Source: a bacterium (lineage in GTDB: Bacteria; JAMCPX01). From it: a stretch of 37,229 nt of DNA. Shown here in pieces: positions 32,107 to 37,229 of the stretch (position 1 is its first letter; the number at the start of each line of letters is the position of its first letter). The position numbers and the translations under genes were made by a program. The notes below the pieces were generated by a model. It made no database searches. It was not told the origin of the DNA and saw only the letters and a program-made list of their open reading frames with translations. The stretch spans positions 1 to 37,229 of the forward strand of contig JAJYLM010000002.1 in NCBI GenBank assembly GCA_021787655.1. Reading direction: 5' to 3'.

Positions 32107-34316
32107 GAAGCAGTCTTCCCTCCCTCTGCATGAAACAGCTCTCCTTCCTCGACAGCGGACAGTTCGACGATGAACCGTGCGCCCTGAGGTTTGTTGTCCA
32201 CGACCCGTATCTTTCCGTTATGTTCGGTAATGATCCTCTGCACGATCGCGAGTCCCAGTCCCGATCCTCCTTTTTTCTTCGAATAGTATAGATCAAATAT
32301 TTTGGATTTGTCCAAATCATCGACACCGATGCCCGTATCGGCGACCTCTATTCTGACGATGCCGGTCGGGCTTTCATAGGATGACTTCAGGGTGACTTCT
32401 CCGTTTCCGTCCACGGCCCACACCGCGTTCTCGATGAGGTTGATCAACACCCGCCGGATCTGCGACCTGTCGAACCTGATGAGCGGCACCTGATCGTCCT
32501 TGTCAAGGACAAACTTGATATTGCGGTGCGCTGAACTGTAGAACGAGTAGAGTTCGGCCAGCAGTTCGTTGACGGAATTCGGCCGGAGCTGGCTCACGGG
32601 CATGCGGGCGAAGCTGGAGAACTCGTCGACGAGCCTCCTTAGTTCGTCCACCTCGGTCACGATGGTACGCGTGCACTCGTCGAAGATGTCCTTCTCTGCC
32701 GGAATGACGTCGAGGTATTTTCTCCGCAGCCGTTCGGCAGACAGGCGTATGGGCGTGAGCGGGTTCTTTATCTCGTGCGCCATTCTCTTGGCGACCTCCT
32801 GCCATGTTGCGATCTTCTGCATCTTGATCAGGTCCGTGACATCCTCGAACACCACGATATATCCCGCCATCTTCTCGTTGTAGGACTTCAGCGAGGTCAG
32901 CCGCAGAATGAACATCTTGAGCTGGCCCTGGGTATTGATGTTGATCTCCCGGGTGCTGGTCGCGGTATTGGTCTTGCGCATGTCCCGCAGCATTTCCTCA
33001 GCCGGTGCGGTGATGTCCTGCGTCATGATGTCCTGGTAATACCTGTTCACCGCCTGCACGGGATCGATGCTCATCACCTTTCCCGCGGTGGCATTGAGCA
33101 TGGTAATGAACCCGTTGCCGTCTATCGCGATAACCCCGGACGAGATGCTGTTGAGGATGGCCTCGATATAGGCCTTCCGCTGGGTCTGCTCGATGTAGGC
33201 AAGTGCGAGACTCTCCCGGTTTTGCTTTAATTCCCGTGCCATCGTGTTAAATGCGTCCACGAGGTCTCCGACCTCGTCCTTGCTCTTCCTCTCGATGTGG
33301 ACGTCGTAGTTGTTGGCAACGATCTTTTTCGTTCCGGAGACGAGCATGTCCAGCTGGCTGGAAATGCCCTTCGCCAGGTAAACGCTGATCCATATCGAGG
33401 AAAAGATCATGAGCAGCGAAATCAGCACGAGGAACAGTATGTAGCTGGTCTTCAGGTGCGGTTTCAATATCTGCTGCTGCCGGTACTCCGTATACCCCTG
33501 CTGTATCTCGGCCATTTTCTCCACGAGGCTTTTTCTGACGAAGTAGTTGCCCACCACGAGGCCGGCAGGGACGGTACTGCCCGTGATATAGACCGGCGAG
33601 AACCCCTTGATCATATCGCTGTTCCCGATGCTCTCGATGTAGGTCTTGATCTTCCCGCGCAGTGCGTCCATGACCTGGGGCCTGCTCGTTGTGGATGGCG
33701 GACTCCCCTGCGTGTGGACGGTGGCAACCAGCCTGCCATCGGCACCGTACAGTTCGATCGAGGTCAGGTTATACTCCTCCAGTTTTGCCTTGATATATCG
33801 TTCTATTTCACGCTTGCTGCCGTCCGGATAAATTCCCCGCTCCGTCAGCCCCCTGCCAATCGCCGATGAAAACGAAATGGTGTTCTGGGCAACACTCTCG
33901 TAGTATGTCTTTGCTATGTCCAGAGACTGTGTCAGCGAGCTCTCCACCTGGCTGCTGAACCAGCTGTTGATCGTGTGGGTGATAAACCCGGACGATACGA
34001 TGAACATGACGATCGTCGGAATGATGGAGAAAAAGACAAAGGCCATTGCAAGCTTTGTCCTGACCTTGAGCCTGCCGAATCCCTGCTTTTCCCCGAACAC
34101 GATCTTCGCGGTATTCCGCAGGACCAAAAATATGAGCAGGGTAATCAGGACGACATTGAGGTTGATGAAGGTAAAAACCAGAGCGTTCTTGGAAATCGGG
34201 ACCTTCAGGATAACGTGGTACACATTCGATTCCAGAGATGTCAAGCCTACCAGAAAGGCTATAACGACGATGATAATGAAGAATTCGATGCGTCTTTTTC
34301 TTATTTCCGGATCCAT
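32103..34316 (-). CDS. NtrY-like sensor histidine kinase (4 TM - HAMP - PAS - HisKA - HATPase)
   Basis: N-terminal TM helices, a HAMP-like segment (LSSQLDMLVSGTKKIVANNYD), and a PAS region. H-box AHEIKNPLTPIRLSAERL, N-box LINLIENAVWA, G-boxes DTGIGV and GGSGLGLAIV. It overlaps the response regulator gene by 4 nt (ATGA). Confidence 0.85.
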   Translation of the reverse strand: MDPEIRKRRIEFFIIIVVIAFLVGLTSLESNVYHVILKVPISKNALVFTFINLNVVLITLLIFLVLRNTAKIVFGEKQGFGRLKVRTKLAMAFVFFSIIPTIVMFIVSSGFITHTINSWFSSQVESSLTQSLDIAKTYYESVAQNTISFSSAIGRGLTERGIYPDGSKREIERYIKAKLEEYNLTSIELYGADGRLVATVHTQGSPPSTTSRPQVMDALRGKIKTYIESIGNSDMIKGFSPVYITGSTVPAGLVVGNYFVRKSLVEKMAEIQQGYTEYRQQQILKPHLKTSYILFLVLISLLMIFSSIWISVYLAKGISSQLDMLVSGTKKIVANNYDVHIERKSKDEVGDLVDAFNTMARELKQNRESLALAYIEQTQRKAYIEAILNSISSGVIAIDGNGFITMLNATAGKVMSIDPVQAVNRYYQDIMTQDITAPAEEMLRDMRKTNTATSTREININTQGQLKMFILRLTSLKSYNEKMAGYIVVFEDVTDLIKMQKIATWQEVAKRMAHEIKNPLTPIRLSAERLRRKYLDVIPAEKDIFDECTRTIVTEVDELRRLVDEFSSFARMPVSQLRPNSVNELLAELYSFYSSAHRNIKFVLDKDDQVPLIRFDRSQIRRVLINLIENAVWAVDGNGEVTLKSSYESPTGIVRIEVADTGIGVDDLDKSKIFDLYYSKKKGGSGLGLAIVQRIITEHNGKIRVVDNKPQGARFIVELSAVEEGELFHAEGGKTAS

Positions 34317-34362
34317 GACACCTTTTTACATCAGACAGCGCCCCTTGTAAACAGTCAGGTTC

Positions 34363-34452
34363 GCAGCAAAAGCTGCCGGCAGGGCGGCTCCGGCAGCCGG
34401 TGCACGACTGTCGTGCAGTCGTGACAGTATGCAGGGGGCCATCCCCTGCATA
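34363..34452 (-). other. Cluster of GC-rich, partly mutually exclusive hairpins between the TatT-like gene stop and the kinase gene start
   Basis: GCAGC-AAAA-GCTGC at 34363-34376. GCTGCCGG / CCGGCAGC at 34372-34379 / 34390-34397. Palindrome GCACGAC-T-GTCGTGC at 34402-34416, competing with CACGACT / AGTCGTG at 34403-34409 / 34417-34423. A 10-bp stem TATGCAGGGG / CCCCTGCATA at 34428-34437 / 34443-34452. Confidence 0.6.
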
Positions 34453-34453
34453 G

Positions 34454-35206
34454 TCATTTGTCCGCTATGGAATCGAGGAGCCTTTGTGCATGAGGCCTGT
34501 CGTACATGGCCCAGTCTGCATGGTATGCCGGTTTTTTATAGTTGATAACATCGTTCAACAACTTCTTTGCCAGCGGGTATTTTCCTTCCCTGATGTAGAC
34601 CTTTGCCTTCATCACCATTGCCAGCGTCAGCCGGGGATTGGACCTCAGGGCCCGGTTGAGAAAATCCATGGCCTTGCCGTTGCTGTCGCTGACGACCCAC
34701 TGCAGTTCATAGTACATTTCGCCGTACGCCTCGAGGATATCCGCATTCGTTTTGTCGAGTTCGTATGCCTTATGCAGATTTTCTTTGAACTCGGGCAGCG
34801 AGATGAGGGAGTTGAGAACACCCTGCACTTCGGACTTCCGTCCGAGGTTTGCGGCATACCAGTAATAGCCCATGGAACCGGCCGGATTCACCTGGATGGC
34901 ATGCTTTGCAACGGCCATACCCTGTTCGTAATCGTTCAAGGAACTTGTCTGTGTCAGTTTTGACTGGTCTCCCATGGTTTCGTATGCCCGGGCCTGGCCG
35001 ATATACGCCTGGTACACTGTTTCCTTGTCTTTCGATTCACTGATGACCTGATCGAACATGTCAATTGATTTCTGGAGATTGGTGACGTCTTTGTCATAGT
35101 TGTCCATCACCCCCTGCGCCTCTGCAAGCGTTACTGCATGGGCACGCACGGGAAAGAGCAGTGCTCCTGCCGTCAACAATAATACCATTGCTGTTACGTT
35201 CTTCAT
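34454..35206 (-). CDS. Secreted TPR-like helical-repeat protein (TatT-like), paralog 1
   Basis: AAGGAGAA SD lies before ATG 35206 (MKNVTAMVLLLTAGALLFPVRAHA, with an AHA-V cleavage site). The conserved blocks GYYWYAANLGR, LEAYGEMYYELQWVV and ADWAMYDRPHAQRLLDSI are shared with 35763..36512. Confidence 0.75.
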   Translation of the reverse strand: MKNVTAMVLLLTAGALLFPVRAHAVTLAEAQGVMDNYDKDVTNLQKSIDMFDQVISESKDKETVYQAYIGQARAYETMGDQSKLTQTSSLNDYEQGMAVAKHAIQVNPAGSMGYYWYAANLGRKSEVQGVLNSLISLPEFKENLHKAYELDKTNADILEAYGEMYYELQWVVSDSNGKAMDFLNRALRSNPRLTLAMVMKAKVYIREGKYPLAKKLLNDVINYKKPAYHADWAMYDRPHAQRLLDSIADK

Positions 35207-35257
35207 GTATGTTCTCCTTTGACCGATGATTTGCATGACCGTCATGATTCCCGGTGA

Positions 35258-35665
35258 TTACATCCTCTCGTCGATTGCACGGTTGGCGAGCTTGTCCGCC
35301 TCCCGGTTCAATTCACGGGGTATATGCTCCACGACGATCCGGTCGAAATGTACGGCAAGGCCCGTATACACCCTGAACAACTTCCTGATATTCGGGTTTT
35401 TGACGGCATACCTGCCGTTGAGCTGGGACACGAGGAGCAGGGAATCAGAATTGATCTTTATGTCTTTAATGTTGAGCTCTTTGAGTTTTTCCAGGGCAAG
35501 GATAAGGGCATTGTACTCGGCAACGTTGTTCGTCGCATGTCCAAGGTATCTGGTCAGGTGGACCGGCTCATCCTTTATCCCATAGATGACCGCACCGCAG
35601 CCTGCCTCGCCCGGGTTTCCCCGTGAAGCGCCGTCGATGAATACCGTCACCGTCTGTGTTGTCAT
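35258..35665 (-). CDS. rnhA: Ribonuclease HI (type 1 RNase H, short archaeal-like form)
   Basis: GGAGA lies 6 nt before ATG 35665. The DEDD catalytic set is present: FIDGASRGNPG, NNVAEY, INSDS and NREADKLAN. 135 aa. Confidence 0.85.
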   Translation of the reverse strand: MTTQTVTVFIDGASRGNPGEAGCGAVIYGIKDEPVHLTRYLGHATNNVAEYNALILALEKLKELNIKDIKINSDSLLLVSQLNGRYAVKNPNIRKLFRVYTGLAVHFDRIVVEHIPRELNREADKLANRAIDERM

Positions 35666-35762
35666 GAATGTCTCCGTTTCCCCTCTCGAGGCTGCGGCCT
35701 TAACTGCATACCGCACACGCCGGCTCTGACCGGTTGCCTGTTTACCACTGAGATATATCCAC

Positions 35763-36512
35763 CTATTTCTTGTCCTTTATCGAGTCAAGCAGTTTCTCGG
35801 CTAGCGGCTTGTCGAACATCGCCCAGTCCGCCCTGAAACTCGGGGTCGTATAATTGATGACCTTTTCCAGGATTCCGCGCGCATCTGCGTACTTGTCCTG
35901 CCTGATATACACCTTTCCCATAATCACCATGGGAAGCGTGAAGTTCGGGTCGCCCTTCAGCGACGTGTTCAGAAAATCGAGTGACTTGGTGTCACTGCCG
36001 CCGACGATCCAGGGCAGTTCATAGTACATCTCTCCGTACGCTTCGTTGACATTCGGATCTGTTTTATCGATTGCATACGCCTTGCCCAGATATTTTTTGA
36101 AATCGGGCAGCATAAAGAGTGAATTGAGGACCCCCTTGTACTGTCCGATCCTGCCTATGTTCGCCGCATACCAGAAATACCCCATGGCCTTCTTGGGCTC
36201 GGCCTGGATGGCTTTCCCGGCAGCAGCCTCTCCGGCCTCGTAATCCTTGACCGCATCTGTCTTGGTAAGCTGCCAGTGATCCCCCATGGTCAGATAGGTC
36301 CTGGAGATGTCACAGTATACCTGGTACAGGAGGTCAGGGTCCGTGGTCCCTGTTATGACCTGCTGGAACATACCAAGGGACTTCTGGAGATTGGTGATGT
36401 CCTTGTCATAATTATTGAACACGCTCTCCGCATCCGGAAGTGTGACAGCGTGCGCCTGCACCGTAAAGAGAAGTGCAATGGATAGTACCACTATTGTTTT
36501 TAGTCTCAGCAT
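35763..36512 (-). CDS. Secreted TPR-like helical-repeat protein (TatT-like), paralog 2
   Basis: AAGGAGGAA SD. Signal peptide MLRLKTIVVLSIALLFTVQAHA. It appears about 45-50% identical by eye to 34454..35206 over the full length (GYFWYAANIGR, NEAYGEMYYELPWIVGGSD, ADWAMFDKPLAEKLLDSI). Confidence 0.75.
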   Translation of the reverse strand: MLRLKTIVVLSIALLFTVQAHAVTLPDAESVFNNYDKDITNLQKSLGMFQQVITGTTDPDLLYQVYCDISRTYLTMGDHWQLTKTDAVKDYEAGEAAAGKAIQAEPKKAMGYFWYAANIGRIGQYKGVLNSLFMLPDFKKYLGKAYAIDKTDPNVNEAYGEMYYELPWIVGGSDTKSLDFLNTSLKGDPNFTLPMVIMGKVYIRQDKYADARGILEKVINYTTPSFRADWAMFDKPLAEKLLDSIKDKK

Positions 36513-36631
36513 AGTTCCTCCTTTATACCCCTGTCGGGTAGGTTTCTTCTATCTGTCGGACAACAATACCCAGTCCATGCATAACCCAAAACATGACTCT
36601 TGACCTGTATACCACATTCCCAATGCTTTGC

Positions 36632-37229
36632 TTACATCTTTTTGATCCGGCCGAGCAGTACCTTAACGGCACGGGTAAATCCGTCCGGTCCTATGGCAGG
36701 GATCCGCGTGATGCCTTCAATATCCGTATCCGTGAACGTGCCGTCCGGTCTTTGTACAAGAAACGGCATCCGTACTTCCCTGAACATCGGAATATCGTTT
36801 TTGCCTTCGCCCACGGCAGCTGCCATGACCGGAGCGGAGTGTTTCCTGTAGAGTGACATCAGTGTCCTGACCGCAGCACCCTTGTCCGTTTCCCCCATGA
36901 GATGATAAAACCGGGTCCCCGGAAATACCCTGAGCCCGTTGCTCCGTGCAAACCGTTCAATGCCCTCCAGCAGCGAGGGGTCCTTCAGGATGAACGGCTC
37001 ATCGTGGCGTCTGCGTTTTGCCATGACTGCCAGTTCGAGGGGGAGGTTGAGATACGAGGCAACCTCATCCTCGCTCATATCCCCGAAGCCCGTGATCATA
37101 TCACCGAACTCCTTCTTCATGTCTGCGAGTACCCGGCGTACCCTGTCATAGGGAGCACCAAGTTCGAGGACTGCAGTGCCGTCGATATGACTGCAGCGCT
37201 TCTCTTGCCCGGCGAGGTATGCATGTTCG
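36632..37229 (-). CDS. C-terminal ~198 aa of a HAD-IIB mannosyl-3-phosphoglycerate phosphatase-like protein (MpgP/YedP family); the 5' end is outside the window
   Basis: The reading frame stays open upstream of the track start (37120) to the window edge (...EHAYLAGQEKRCSHIDGTAVLELGAPYDRVRRVLADMKKEF...). ITGFGDMSEDEV, RRRHDEPFIL, FYHLMG..DKG and GEGKNDIPMF are MpgP/YedP-type blocks. Confidence 0.65.
   Translation of the reverse strand, partial: EHAYLAGQEKRCSHIDGTAVLELGAPYDRVRRVLADMKKEFGDMITGFGDMSEDEVASYLNLPLELAVMAKRRRHDEPFILKDPSLLEGIERFARSNGLRVFPGTRFYHLMGETDKGAAVRTLMSLYRKHSAPVMAAAVGEGKNDIPMFREVRMPFLVQRPDGTFTDTDIEGITRIPAIGPDGFTRAVKVLLGRIKKM

Noticed and set aside
1-37229. CRISPR arrays, IS elements/transposases, prophage genes, reverse transcriptases/retrons, toxin-antitoxin pairs and known defence systems
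   Set aside because: I scanned the ORF translations and spacers for these. There are no regularly spaced repeats, no DDE/HUH/recombinase-like ORFs, no RT motifs and no short paired ORFs typical of TA modules. Their absence by eye does not replace an HMM scan (for example DefenseFinder/PADLOC).

Overview
Bacterial chromosomal segment, roughly 55% GC, with strong AGGAGG-type Shine-Dalgarno sites. The gene content suggests an anaerobic deltaproteobacterium-like organism, but that is inference only. I can support 30 protein-coding genes (two truncated by the window edges) and one tRNA. From left to right: (1) the 3' end of an outer-membrane beta-barrel gene; (2) an acidic low-complexity envelope protein; (3) a tightly coupled DUF35 / thiolase-fold / thiolase-fold / DUF35 operon; (4) an envelope block holding three GT-C glycosyltransferases (one ArnT/PMT-like, two TMTC-like with TPR tails), a membrane metallophosphoesterase, a TonB-dependent-receptor-like OMP translationally coupled to an NfeD protease / stomatin (SPFH) pair, and an alpha/beta hydrolase; (5) the housekeeping tRNA-Leu-tig-clpP-clpX-lon operon, with overlapping genes; (6) a Hanks Ser/Thr kinase with a PEGA ectodomain; (7) an ABC ATPase with no permease; (8) a 578-bp AT-rich, repeat-laden non-coding region; (9) a PhzF-family isomerase; (10) a 91-aa cysteine-rich lipoprotein; (11) a long-chain acyl-CoA synthetase; (12) an NtrY/NtrX-like two-component system coupled to a Crp/Fnr-family gene; (13) two paralogous TPR-like (TatT-like) secreted proteins flanking RNase HI; (14) the 3' part of an MpgP/YedP-like HAD phosphatase. 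I saw no CRISPR array, transposase, integrase, reverse transcriptase or recognisable defence gene. The best novelty candidates are the apparently cysteine-less thiolase-fold pair with two DUF35 partners, the OMP-NfeD-SPFH module inside the GT-C island, the Cys-rich lipoprotein, the repeat-rich AT-rich spacer, and the TatT-like/RNase H/TatT-like arrangement. All family calls come from reading motifs by eye. No BLAST, HMM, tRNAscan or folding program was run, so coordinates of starts and family assignments need confirmation.
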